DNA of 64,000 nucleotides, taken from contig NW_027361672.1 in assembly GCF_039654945.1 (NCBI RefSeq), forward strand, positions 14,074,001 to 14,138,000, in the 5' to 3' direction. Positions 25,682 to 38,042 of the stretch are shown one piece after another; the stretch's first letter is position 1, and each line of letters opens with the position of its first letter. The position numbers were made by a program, and so were the translations under genes. The DNA is from Dendrobates tinctorius. Taxonomy: Eukaryota. The notes under the pieces were generated by a model. It worked only from the letters and a program-made list of their open reading frames with translations. It searched no databases and had not been told where the DNA came from.

Positions 25682-27376
25682 TTGGAGTCGGATCCTACAC
25701 AGGACTATTACAAGGAACTAAACAAGTTGGTTTCTTGTCTGCCTGACCAGTCCATAAGAGCTGGCGATGACCTGATACCAGAGACTCCAAGAATAGGGAC
25801 ATTCTACATGCTTCCCAAAATCCACAAATCTGGAAATCCAGGAAGACCAATTATTTCATGTGTGGGCACCCTCACTGAGCAGGTATCTGGATGGGTAGAG
25901 GGTATTCTTAAACCACTGGTGAAGCATACATCCAGCTACATTCAGGACACAACTGACCTATTGAATAAACTAGCAGCAATAGGTCCTCTACCAGAAGGAA
26001 CCATCCTGGCCACCATGGATGTGGAATCTTTGTACTCTAATATCCCACACCAAGATGGTTTAAATGCCTGCAAATTCTTCATGGAAAACACAGGGACTGA
26101 TGCTGATGCTGTGGTGAAACTTATAAAATTCATCCTCACCCACAATTACTTTGAATTTGACAACAGGATCTATCTACAGGAGACTGGCACAGCTATGGGA
26201 AGTAAAATGGCTCCACAGTATGCAAATCTTTTCATGGCAAAGCTTGAAAGCGACTTTTTGTCCTCATGCCCCATCAGGCCCCTGGCCTACTACCGCTTCA
26301 TTGATGATATTTTAATCATCTGGACGGAGTCTGAGCAACAGCTAAAGACGTTCCACGAACAGTTTAATCAATTTCATCCCACCATCAATTTAACACTCAA
26401 CTACTCCAGTACTGAGATTAATTTTTTGGACACCATCATTAAGCTAAAAAACAATGAAATAGAGACATCCCTGTATCAGAAGCCAATCGACCGTCCAACA
26501 TACCTTAAATGGGACAGTTTCCATCCAAAACACATAAAGAACTCTATTATCTATAGCCAAGCCATCAGATACAATCGTATATGTTCCAACCCCATGGACA
26601 GAGACAAACACCTTGGTCGCCTCAAAAAGACCTTTTTGAATCAAGGTTACCATCCAAGAACAATTGAAAACCAAATTACAAGAGCCACCAGATTGTCAAG
26701 GAATCACCTGCTAAATTACAAAGCTAAAGAAGAAAATAACCGAGTGCCTCTAGTAGTCACCTACAACCCAAATCTGGAGGTGCTAAGGGGAGCTGCACGG
26801 AAATTACAACCTTTACTACAAAAAGATGCCCGATTGAAATCCATTTTTCCAGACCCCCCACTGCTGTGTTTTAGGCAGCCCCCAAATTTAAGAAGCATCA
26901 TTGTCAGAAGCTCCCTGTCCTCTCCAACAGCTGCAGGAACCTTTCCTTGCAACCAGAAAAAATGTAAAACCTGTCCATTTATAATGACCACGGACAAGAT
27001 AAAGATCCCCAACTCACATCAGGACTACAAGATCGCAGGTACTTTCAGCTGCATTACATCTAATGTGGTGTACTTAATTATTTGTACTAAATGTCCAACT
27101 GGGGGTATGTATGTGGGGGAGACAGGGCAAAAGCTTAGAACAAGGATGAATGCTCATCGTCACACAATAAGAGAAAAAAGAATGGATCTACCTGTGGCAA
27201 AACATTTCTGTATCCCTGATCACAGCAGCGTGGATATGAAATTACTGGTATTGAAAGGTAACTTCAATTCTCAGAGAGAGAGACGAGTTTGGGAGTACAA
27301 ATTTATGACGAACTTTGACACTCTCAGTGCTGGAATGAATGTGTCGCATGGATTTATGTCTTTTTACATCAATTAA
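25682..27376 (+). CDS. Penelope-like reverse transcriptase plus GIY-YIG endonuclease, uninterrupted but N-terminally truncated
   Basis: LPKIHK, GRPII, MDVESLYSNIP, GTAMGS, YYRFIDD, FLD; Cys linker CNQKKCKTC; VVYLIIC..C...YVGETG, R...H and terminal G-x-N. Confidence 0.93.
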   Translation: MESDPTQDYYKELNKLVSCLPDQSIRAGDDLIPETPRIGTFYMLPKIHKSGNPGRPIISCVGTLTEQVSGWVEGILKPLVKHTSSYIQDTTDLLNKLAAIGPLPEGTILATMDVESLYSNIPHQDGLNACKFFMENTGTDADAVVKLIKFILTHNYFEFDNRIYLQETGTAMGSKMAPQYANLFMAKLESDFLSSCPIRPLAYYRFIDDILIIWTESEQQLKTFHEQFNQFHPTINLTLNYSSTEINFLDTIIKLKNNEIETSLYQKPIDRPTYLKWDSFHPKHIKNSIIYSQAIRYNRICSNPMDRDKHLGRLKKTFLNQGYHPRTIENQITRATRLSRNHLLNYKAKEENNRVPLVVTYNPNLEVLRGAARKLQPLLQKDARLKSIFPDPPLLCFRQPPNLRSIIVRSSLSSPTAAGTFPCNQKKCKTCPFIMTTDKIKIPNSHQDYKIAGTFSCITSNVVYLIICTKCPTGGMYVGETGQKLRTRMNAHRHTIREKRMDLPVAKHFCIPDHSSVDMKLLVLKGNFNSQRERRVWEYKFMTNFDTLSAGMNVSHGFMSFYIN

Positions 27377-27604
27377 GGAATTTCCTTTTAAAACCGTGTG
27401 GGGGCATCACAACACAGAACTAGACCCCAATCAGAGGACCATAAAACATCCGGACTCCTTATCTATGAACTGGTCCAATGTTTATATTTATATTTCTCCC
27501 TCTCCCATATTGATAGTTCTGCTTCACGTCACTTGTCTTATCTATTGCATTTTTTCTAGGCTGTATTGTGCATAAATATGTGACTCTTCAGATTTTGTAT
27601 TAGT

Positions 27605-27645
27605 CTAGCCTGATGAAGAGACCTGAGTAGTCTCGAAAGCTTGCA
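27605..27645 (+). ncRNA. Minimal hammerhead ribozyme motif in Penelope 3' pLTR
   Basis: CTGATGA agagac ctgagta gtctc GAAA gcttgc. Confidence 0.75.
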
Positions 27646-28274
27646 ATGTGTTACCATCTTTTCAGTTAGCCATTAAAAGGTATTAACTACTGAGGACTCT
27701 CAATCCTGAATATTTTTCTATCTACTGGCTAACACGGTACAAAGATATACATCTTCCTGCACATTGTTGTCTGCAGGTAACTTGTCTTTGGGTTCTTTTC
27801 TGCACACATTTTAGTGACTCTGTGATATTGGAAGAAAGCTATAACAAGTTATTCCAATGACAAATGAAAATACTGGGACTGTAGGAAATAACTGCCTACT
27901 GCATGGAAATCAGTGGGTTGTTATTAATAGACAAGGCTCACATAGCCTCACAGTTACTAGTGGGGGTACCATAGGGGTATGTACTGTTTTCTCTTGTTTT
28001 CATAAATAGTATAGTGCTCAGTATTAATGAGTGCACCCCAACAGATTTGTCAGAAAATGTTTAGTTTAATTTCAGAATCAACATATCAACGTTTTCTATG
28101 AGATACCATACTTCAAAATAATACCACAAATGTGGGCCATTGATTGCAAACAAGATTTTGTTATTTAGATGACTCCAAAAAGTATTTTTTTTTTAAATTA
28201 GAACATGATCATGTTATAAAAATGACTACACCGCAATGAACAAAGTTAAACTTTATTTTTTTAAGTTTACTTAA

Positions 28275-29447
28275 CCCCTTTCTGACATACTACGCCAATG
28301 TTAGACTCCATCCCTTTGATGTGGGCTCCGGCGGCGAGCCCACATCTTTCCAGGGATATGTCAGCTGTTTTGAACAACTGACATGTGCCCGCAATAGCCG
28401 CAGGTAGAATCGTGATCCACCCGCAGCTATTAACCAGTTAAATGTCGCTGTCAATCTCTGACAGCGGCATTTAACAAGTGCTTCAGGCAATCGCACTGAA
28501 AATATGCCCAACGTTGACCCGCGTCACGTGATCGCGGGTCACCGGTGTGTTGGCGTGACAACCGGAGGTCTCTTGGAGACCTCTATGGTCAGTGCAGGAG
28601 TGCTGTGAGCTCCACCCAGTGGACGGCGCTCATAGCAAGTGAGTAAATCTGCTATATAGAGGAGATCTGATCATCGCCTCTAAATAGCACAGCCGATCGG
28701 GTTGTGGCAGCTTCTAGTCTCCCATGGAGTCTATTGAAGCATGCCAAAAGTAAAAAGAAAATGTTTTTAAAAATATAAAAAAATTTTAAAAAACATCCCC
28801 GTGTTCAGAATTGCCTGATCTATCAATAGAAAAAAATTAACCTGATCGCTAAACGGTGTAGCGATAAAATAAGTCAAAATGTCAGAATTACATTTTTTGG
28901 TCACCGCGACATTGCATTAAAATACAGTAACGGGCGATCAAAAAAATCGTATCTGCACCAAAATGGTATAATTAAAAACGGTAGCTCAGCACACAAAAAA
29001 TAAGCCATCACCCAACCTGAGATCACGAAAAATGGAGACGCTACGGGTATCAGAAAATGGCGCAATTGTTTTTTTTTAATAAAGTTAGGAATTTTTTTTC
29101 ACCACTTACATAAAAAAGAACCGAGACATGTTTGGTGTCTATGAACCTGGAGAATCATAATGGCAGGTCAGTTTTAGCATTTAGTGAACCCAGTTAAAAA
29201 GCCAAACAAAAAAAACAGTGTGGGATTGCACTTTTTTTGCAATTTCACCGCACTTGGAATTTTTCTCCTTTTTTAAAGTACACTACATGGTAAAACCAAT
29301 GATGTTGTTCAAAAGTACAACTCGTCCTGCAAAAAACAAGCCCTCACATGGCCATATTGATGGAAAAATAAAAAAGTTATGGATCTGGGAAGGAGGGGAG
29401 CAAAAAACGAAAACGCAAAACTTAAAAAAGCTCCGGGGGTTAAGGGG
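28275..29447. mobile_element. Complete non-autonomous piggyBac-like element
   Basis: ttaa-cccctt...aagggg-ttaa with both TTAA TSDs; fragments of the family at ~35190-35490 plus 42900-43080 and ~55140-55598. Confidence 0.85.
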
Positions 29448-30433
29448 TTAAAGAAAACCCTTTCCCATTTCATGCTGTCAGCAATGGCACCAAATGGAAG
29501 AGAAATGTCACAAGGCCAGAGAATGAAAATAATTTCTTTACATAAGAAAATATAAGAAGATCAGCAAAATTTTACTGTTAAATTTTTGTATCACTCTTAC
29601 TACAGTATTTAAGATGGAGCTGTAACCATTTCACAGACATCTATGCTAATGTTTAAGGTGTTTTCTGGGCTCTAAACAAATATCAGAAGTCATTCTATGT
29701 GACTGCTGATTGCCAAATCATGTCAGTGTGCAATATCACGCTGCCATAATTCCCTTTTATTCTCAGTGCGAATGAGTGGTCAAGTTTGCAGCTTTCTTAG
29801 TTACAATCACATACCGACTAGATTCTTCTGCACTTCTCTCAAAATAATTTTAAGAGAATGGGAGGCAGAGGGTCTTAGAAAAAGAGGCTGTAGAAGCAGG
29901 AGAATGGGTGGGAGCAAAGGCAATGGAGTACAGATCGGGGTTTCAGAGGTGACAACACTAATGGTGACTGTAGGTGTAGGTTGAAAAAAACATGTTAGAG
30001 ATCTCAGAAAAGTGAATAGGGAGGTACAAGGAGGCATCAGGACTCAGAGAGGAAGCACAGACACGAGGTGGAGATGGCGCTTTGCAAATGAGGGGAATGG
30101 ACTGACACTGACAGCGGTATGTGACAGACAATGCTGTTGAGAAGTGTATCAAAACATTGCTAGTGTTGGCACAAAGTTCTTAAATAGTAAACATCATTTA
30201 AATTTTTTGTTAATAAATCAATAGAACAAATGGAAATAAGCATCTTTGTAATTTATCTCTTCAGATAAATCAGCTTTTTTCTGAACTAATCATTAATTCT
30301 CAAAATTACCAATTCACAGGTAAATTCTGTATACAGTGAATGTAAAATTTTCCCTTTCCTGAGATAGGAGATGACAGATGGTGCTCATAAAACTGTAATT
30401 TTTAACATTTAAAAATAAAAAAGTAAATGTGTC

Positions 30434-32495
30434 TGTGACGGATAGCACAGGGGAAGGGGTTGTTGACTTCGCTCACCTCAGGGGAGGGGAGAGAAGGACC
30501 CAGCAGGGATCAGCTCTGTGGTGCCACCACTGCCTCTGGTCAGTCAGGAAACTGCACCAAGGGAAAAAAGTCGCCGGAGAGGCTTCCCTTATATGTACAA
30601 GTTATTGAGGCGCTCCCATTGAGGGGGATATACATCACCAGTCCAGGCTATAAACCTCCCAGCCGTCACTGTCAGGGCTCCTCACTAACACAGTACTGTA
30701 AGCTGCCACCAGTTCCTCGTTCGAAATAAGCCACATCCGGCAGCAGGTCAGGAACCAACCAGGGCAGCGTATAAGAACCAACGGAGCGTGCGAATGTGAA
30801 GATTCGTGTATCAAGATAAAAGAGCAGCCCAAGATTAATTTTATATTTAATTGCTGAAAAGGAGCACTAGAAAAAACAGGTATATATTTACAAGAACAAT
30901 ATACAGGTATACAGTCAGGAGTGTAGTACAAGGATAGGGTATAGATAGGTTGCAATTACTGTGTTGTGTAGCAGGTGACCACAGGGAGGCGCTGATGAAT
31001 CACAGGTCCAAATCTTAGTTACATGGTCTTCCTGGCGGCGTCAGCCAATGGATCCTCCTGCCATTAGAAAACTAAGCTCAAAATGAGCAGCTGCCTTTTA
31101 TCTCCTAGGCTGTTCCCTCACACACTCTGTGCTCATCCCTGGGCTTGTGCAGCCTCTCTCCTCTCCTTCCATCTCTGAGAGAATGACTTTCCAGGCAGAA
31201 CCGTAGATGGCACATAACTTTCCACCTGTAGCTCCAAATGGGTCGGCGGTGCTGCCACTTGATTCCGCTGGATTTTATCTGTACAGGGAGACCAAATATG
31301 CCTACCGTATATAATCCCTGGTAGCTATGCTTCATAACTCCTTAACACAAAATGCTACAGGTGGCTGCCAGGCACGGGCGTGTTGGGAAGGAATGCCGGT
31401 TCCGATTATGTGCTCGGCTAGGCTCAACAGATATTGCATTCTGTTATTATAGGTCATTTTCAAGATTCAAAACCTCAGAGCTTTGCTGTGACCTGTAGTG
31501 CGTGAGTTCGACAAAAGGATTCTGGATCTGGATAAGATGGAAACTTGGGCCAAAAGGTGGCAGATGCTGTTTAAAAATGATAAATGTAAGGTTATACACA
31601 TGGGAAGAAGGAATCAATATCACCTTTACACACTGAACGGGAAACCACTGGGTAAATCTGACTTGGAGATCCTAGTTAATGATAAACTTACCTGGAGCAG
31701 CCAGTGCCAGACAGTGGCTGCCGATGTAATCAGGATCATGGGGTGCATTAAAAGAGGTCTGGATACTCATGATGAGAGCATTATACTGCCTCGGTACAAA
31801 TCCCTGGTTAGGCTTTACATGGAGTACTGTGTATAGTTTTGGGCACTAGTACTCAAGAAGAATATAATGGAACTGGAGCGAGTACAAAGGAGAGCAACAA
31901 AATTAATAAAGGGGATAGGGGAACTACAATACCCAGAGAGATTAGCAAAATTAGGATTATTTAGTTTATAAAAAAGATGACTGAGGGGCGATCTAATAAC
32001 CATGTATAAGTATATAAGGGGACAATACAAATATCTCTCCGTGGATCTGTTTATACTAAGGAAGGTGATGGTCACAAGGGGGCATTCTCTGCGTCTGGAG
32101 GAGAGAAGGTTTTTCCACCAACATAGAAGAGACTTCTTTACTGTTAGGGCAGTGAGAATCTGGAATTCCTTGCCTGAGGAGGTGGTTATGGATGACTCAG
32201 TCGAGGGTTACAAGAGAGGCCTGGATGTCTTCCTGGAGGGTAACAATATTATATCTTACAGTTATTAGGTTCTTTAGAAGGACGTAGATCTGGGGATTTA
32301 TTCTAACGGACTACGGGCTGAACTGGATGGACAAATGTTTTTTTTGGCCTTGCTAACTATGTTACTATGAATCCAGTGTGGCTGTGCCTGCACTAGAACT
32401 CACACCCTTGTGCCAAGGGTGGGAGGCACATTCCAGGAGTCGAGTGAGATGTCCTGAACCTATAATCCAAAATGGGGTCTCCCTTGTCCCTCACA
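30434..32495 (-). mobile_element. Solo LTR (Gypsy-like) interrupted by CR1
   Basis: tgtgacgga...tccctcaca inverted termini; TSD not clear. Confidence 0.55.
31515..32369 (+). mobile_element. CR1 LINE 3' fragment
   Basis: WAKRWQMLF..KCKVIHMG, YKSLVR..EYCV, TRGHSLRL, FFTVRAVRIWNSLPEEVV; tail ctatgttactatg. Confidence 0.92.
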
Positions 32496-33443
32496 GTATC
32501 ATCTTTAACTTTAGTCTTTTTAGAGATAATTTCATCTTCAACTTGCTTAACTGTTCAGAGTAACAGTAATTTTGACCAGAGGTGCACAAACTTTCTCATG
32601 CCACTGTATACCAGTCATAAAGAGGCCAGTGTCAGGCAACAGTGCTGTACAAACATTCAACAAGTATGTCAGGAACTTTCCCAATGTACACGTTATATTT
32701 TGAGCCACCAGGTTATGTAAACGGGGACTTACACAGAAAATGGTACAAATACATGTTAAACATGGATGTGGATGATAATATGACTCCTATATAAAAAATA
32801 TCTTCCCCTGGTATTTTGGTACTGACAGACTAACTCGTATTATCCATTGTACTTCATACATCTGCCAGAGAAACTGCGAAAGCAAAGGCACTCTTATTCC
32901 GCATACTATTGTCCTCTGCACTACTCATAGATCTTTGAAGATCAGTTTTAAATAAGTTATTAAATGTTGAATTGATACTTCCCCTTCTCTAGCTCTACTA
33001 CTTACAGATAATACTACTTTTTCAAATAGACATAATAGGTTTATGGGTTGCCAGTCACTAGACTAGCAATCCCTCAGAGCAAAACGAGTACAATTCTTTC
33101 ATTGGAAGAGATTCCACCAACAAAACCCGTTCATATGAAAAAAGATTGCTCACAAAGATCAATTTTCTTTCTAAGTTTCTCATATTTTTGTGCATATGTG
33201 GCTTCAAAATCCTAGAAAGTGTTATAAATGGTAACAGTCTCCCCATTTGTTGCAGTACCTGAGGTTGTTATGATACAGTATGTTAATTTAAATGAAAGGG
33301 TTATCTATTCTAGGTTTTGTTTTTGCTCTATTTTTTTCAAGTGTTTTCAAGTTTATCTAAATAATTTTGTCTTTAGAAGTTCTGTAAAGGGGGCCTATCA
33401 TCAAACTAATTGTCCTAGTATATTTAAGTAATTCTTATATTGT

Positions 33444-34118
33444 TGTCGGGTGTCCCAGGACCAGGGGCTCCTTCCTTGTCCCCAATGCAAGGAGCGCCCT
33501 AGCTCGCCCTGTTCCCCAGATTACTTCTGACGCTGAAGACGCCAGGGCCGCGAACCTTGCCTTAACGCCTGAATCTATCCACAGTCTGTACCATTCCCCC
33601 ACTCAGGGAAGAGAGGAGTAGTAGTATACCGCAATACACCAACCAGACTAACAAGGTAACATGAATATGGATAACGAAAAATACAAATCACACATATATA
33701 CTCACACAAGCAGCAGATAAATGCACTGTGGAGTGGATGATGGGTTTAAACCAAAGTAGGAGAAGGGGAATAATCACACACCTAAAATCTAGCAACAGTC
33801 ACAGATAAATCCACCAAACACCTTCTCAAATAACAACCACCAACAACCTCCAGGCATACAGCAAAAGCTATCTCTGAAAATGAATGCTAGCCATGGCCCA
33901 GATTATATACAGTAGATGGGAGTGGCTAACAGTGAACAGCTGAGCCTTAATGCAGGAAAGCTTCCAGGAGCTCTCAACAGAGCAAATTAACCCCTGACCT
34001 GCTGAAAGAAACCTGAACTGTTTAATATGAATGTAAAGTGCTTCTAAACAGAGCAGGAGTAGGAGAAATCAGATGCTGCAGTCTTCTGACTCCTCTCTGT
34101 CGCGGTCAATCCCTGACA
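33444..34118 (-). mobile_element. Probable solo LTR
   Basis: tgtcggg...ccctgaca termini; resembles 23587-24226 in reverse; no clear TSD. Confidence 0.5.
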
Positions 34119-34724
34119 TACAGTATATGTTGGCTTGTTTTAAATGGATACTGACTGATTAGAAAGTAAGGGTGTATCTAAATACTTCATTTTTGTACCC
34201 TTTCTTTTCTTCATATGCTTACTTCATGTATTTGCACAGATTCTCAGGGTTTGATCTGGTCTGCATATTGTTCTAATGTGCCTGCACACACATCTGTTAT
34301 TCTTCTAAACACTGCTCTCTCTGAACTAAACAGCGCAATTTCATCAAAATTGCTTAGAGTGGGGGATACAGTAGAATCGCAAAAGCATGACTTTATTAAA
34401 AGTAGATGTCACTGCCGCTATGCTGAGCTCCACTCTGTATGACTGTCAAATCTTCTAAAATAATCACACTGCTATAAACAGAATAAACTTGGTGAGATCA
34501 CATGGTTTAGAGCAGTAATTATGAGAGCTCGTTCACACAACCATATTGTTGGTCCAAGTGCTATCTGAAAAAAACTGAGAACAATGTTATTCAATGGGGC
34601 AGCGCAGATGAGCAAATTTTTTTCACTGACAGAATCTGGGTGTGATAAAACTTGGAGCATGCACTAGTATCTTCTGTAAATCAGATAAAACTCGCCCATT
34701 CTGGTCTATGGGTGTATCAAAAAA

Positions 34725-35040
34725 ATCTGCTCCCCATCTTGACTGAAAAAGAGAAATGTAGAATTTTTTTCAAATTTATTAAAAAAGAAAAACTGAAATA
34801 TCATATGGTCATAAATATTCAGACCCTTTGCTCAGACACTCATAATTAAGTCAGATGCTGCCCATTTCCTTGTGATCCTCCTTGAGTTTAAGTAAACCGA
34901 TAGGACTTGATTTGTAAAGGCACACACCTGTCTATATAAGACCTCACAGCTCACAGCACATGTCAGACCAAATGAGAATCAGGAGGTCAAAGGAACTGGC
35001 CAAGGAGCTCAGAGACAGAATTGTGGCAAGGCACATTTGT
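34725..35040 (+). mobile_element. Tc1 fragment (family of 130-4945)
   Basis: Reverse-complement similarity to 4495-4840. Confidence 0.8.
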
Positions 35041-36282
35041 CCAATGTTTTTGAAAAAAATACATGAAACACAGAAACTTATTTTAAAACAGTAGGTCATT
35101 TTATAAGGATATACTCCCTTTAAGCATTTTTTTTAGCAATATATCTATGGTAATCACTACATTGAAAACAGATATAAACCACTTCACCAGCATAGGATTT
35201 TCAGTTTTTGCATTTTTGTTTTTTTGCTTCCCTTCTTCCCAGAGGCATAACTTTATATTTTTCCATCAATATAGCTGTGTGATGGCTTGTTTTTTGCGTG
35301 ACAAGTTGCACTTTTGAACGACACAATTGGTTTTACATATAGTAATATATATTGGTTTTCACATATAGTGTACTGTAAAACGGGAAACAAAATTCCAACT
35401 GCATTGAAATTGCAAAAAAAAAGTGCAATTTCACGTTGATCATGTGACAGGCGCCTATTTGGAGGATTTGTGACATGCTTCCGATGCCCGTGTAGGAAGA
35501 TGTACCGGGCCGGTGGTACCTCTCATGCGCCACTTCCGGGAACTGTTGGGGCTGTCACCATTGTTGCTGGGGGGAAAGCTTTCTGACCTGGACAGACCTT
35601 TGCACTCGACAGTAGGGAGCGTGTCAGAGATAAAAGGGATGGTGTGCGGGAAAGCGGGACACTTGGCGGGAAGGCAAAGTGCGCAGCAGGAGAAGGTTGG
35701 TTCACTCTCCTTGGAGTGACGAGATAGTTCCGGCCCGCACTGTAGTTCCCTGAGCCATGCGCCCACTGACTGTGAGCAACAAGTAGCTGTGTGCCCGCTC
35801 ACCCCTGTTACTGAGAATCCGTCTCGCACGGTTCCACTGATTGCCGCGGGCGAGCGACCTAAGACTAACCTGGTGATTCGTACAGCACCGGGTAGTTTCA
35901 CCCCCACCTCCACCGCTGAACTGAGTCATGCTCCGGTGGTTCCATGGACTGTGCCACATCACGTACATTGTCCCGGGAATGCAGGGTCTTGCCTAGGAGA
36001 GCCAGGATGCACCACCTTAATCAGGAGACAGTTCCTCAACTTTCTTCAGGACCATGCCAGAGACTTCAGGCATCCCTTGCGTGGGCGCCACCATGGGATT
36101 TCAAACCTTCACAGCCCGGAAACCAACAGAGTGATAAGTTTACTGGTTTCATGAACAATTGTTCTTTCCCAGATACATTATCCAATTTTGCTCCTTAGTA
36201 ACGCATTCTCTGTCTGCATGGAGTATTCCCTGTAATAAACCCTTTAACTCTTGCTCTGCCTTCTGCTAGTCACTGCATCCTG

Positions 36283-37107
36283 TGTTATGATTGAGTCACC
36301 GAGGAGGAAAAAAACAAAACACAAGCTCAGCCCAGAAAATCAGAGAGGTTGGAAACTAGCGGATTGTAGACCCCTGATCCTATCACACAATTAGCAGTAG
36401 CCGTGGAGTGTTCCTACGGTGATCCTAGACACCTTGTCACAGCCGGAGATCTACACAAGCCTAAAGAGAGAAAAGAGAAAAACTGACTGCCCCAGAGCAT
36501 ACCCCAAAGCAATAGGCAGCCCCCAACATATAATGACGGTGAAGAAAGATGAAAACACTAACACAGATAGAAAGATAGGTTGAGCAAATGATGGGGCCCA
36601 AGCTAACTAAAAAGGACAGGACAGAAAAGCTGCTGTCTGCAATCCGAGAAAACCCTGCCAAAAAATACTACCAACCCAACTGATAAGCAAAAAGGACCCT
36701 GAAGTCACTAGACTTCAAACCCTATATTAGCACTCAGAATATTCTGGAAGCAGAGCAAAAGATAACACTGATCAAGGAAAAAGAATCCAGCACACCCCCG
36801 GCAGGGGATGGCTGAACTCAAAAAACAAGGTAAGCAAAACTAAAACTAATAAGCTCAATAGCAGAGCAAAAACTTATCTTTGGGAAGCAGGAATCAGACT
36901 GGTCTCCAAGAATCCAGCAGAGAAATCACCAGTGACTCAGAAGGGCATCAGCTGCCTTATATCCAGTCTGTAGTTCCCGTTACCCAGTCACGATCCACCT
37001 GATCAGGCGTTTGGTTTCTTTCATCCAAATCATCCTCACTACCTTCCTTCACCAGAAGAGGGAGATCCTCGGACACAAAAGATGAATGAACAGATGAGCT
37101 CACAACA
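36283..37107 (-). mobile_element. Solo LTR of another family inserted in the Gypsy 5' LTR
   Basis: tgttatga...tcacaaca termini; duplicated atcctg flanks; absent from the 3' LTR. Confidence 0.85.
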
Positions 37108-37133
37108 ATCCTGTGTACCTGTTATCTCACACT

Positions 37134-37151
37134 TGGCGTAGTTGGCAGGAT
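37134..37151 (+). promoter_or_regulatory. Primer binding site, tRNA-Ser
   Basis: tggcgtagttggcaggat, 17/18 complementary to the vertebrate tRNA-Ser 3' end. Confidence 0.85.
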
Positions 37152-38042
37152 GCAGTATAACAGCACGGAGGCGGCAGACCAAGCAGTTGGGGTGAGCCCT
37201 AGGTCCTGTATCTCCCTTGGGGCAATGTTGAGAAAACTCCCTAAGTTTATGGGGAATAATACCATGTTATGCAGCTGGACTGAGCGCATTAGGGGGATGA
37301 TGAAGATGCACCCCATGACCCCTGCATTAGAAGCCGAGGTGGCCATGATCGCTCTAGATGGAGAAACCAGAGATTCAGTTAAGTTGTGACCCCCCAGAGA
37401 GCGAGACACCTTTAACAAGGTGCTTTAAATCTTGGAGGAAACCCATGAGGACCCCTTGGACCTAGGGGAGTTACGGATGAGTCTATTTAGCCGTATGCAA
37501 AGAGAGGGGGAGACGGTGACTCAGTACATGAAGGCACTTCAGGAGATCCATACCGCTATCATTAGAAAAGATGGCGTAGGTGTAGGGCCTACTGACATAT
37601 TGTTGCGGGATCAGTAGGTGACAGACTTGCGAGATGTGCTGATGAAACACGCTTTGCCAGACCGCTTGCGGGTAAATCTCCGCATGACCTTTTCTGAGAT
37701 AGGAAGTGAAGCACGCAGATGCGAGCAAGAGCAGGGGGTGACAGTCCGGGAGGGAAGGTATGGAGCGGAGAGGTATCTGTGAACATTGTCACCGAAGCCC
37801 AATGAGTGGAGGAATTGTGGAAATTAATCCAGGATATTTGAGGAGAGTTGGCTGATGCAAAGAAGAAGTCAGTAGGTACCTCAAATCAGCCAGTAGACAG
37901 AGATAGCCCTGAACTTTGCTGTGAAACAAGGATGTTCCATCGAGAGAGACCCCTCACCTGTTATAATTGTGGAGAAATTGGACATTTGGCTTGGGAGTGC
38001 CCACGACAGGATAGGCCACTTCAATGTCGTCCGTTAAACTAG
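37150..38042 (+). pseudogene. gag: Gypsy gag with CCHC zinc knuckle, disrupted
   Basis: KLPKFMG, RMQREGETVTQY, LLRDQ, CYNCGEIGHLAWEC; in-frame stops. Confidence 0.88.

Larger units (their letters stand above)
25632..27758 (+). mobile_element. Penelope-like element (Neptune-type), 5'-truncated with a short inverted pLTR piece
   Basis: Inverted pLTR bit ~25631-25670, ORF, 3' pLTR with hammerhead and tail; TSD cttcctgca(g/c)attg at 25618-25631 and 27753-27766. Confidence 0.93.

Noticed and set aside
33095-33215. Minus-strand exon-like readings
   Set aside because: No supporting neighbouring minus-strand exons; conflicts with the equally tentative + strand reading
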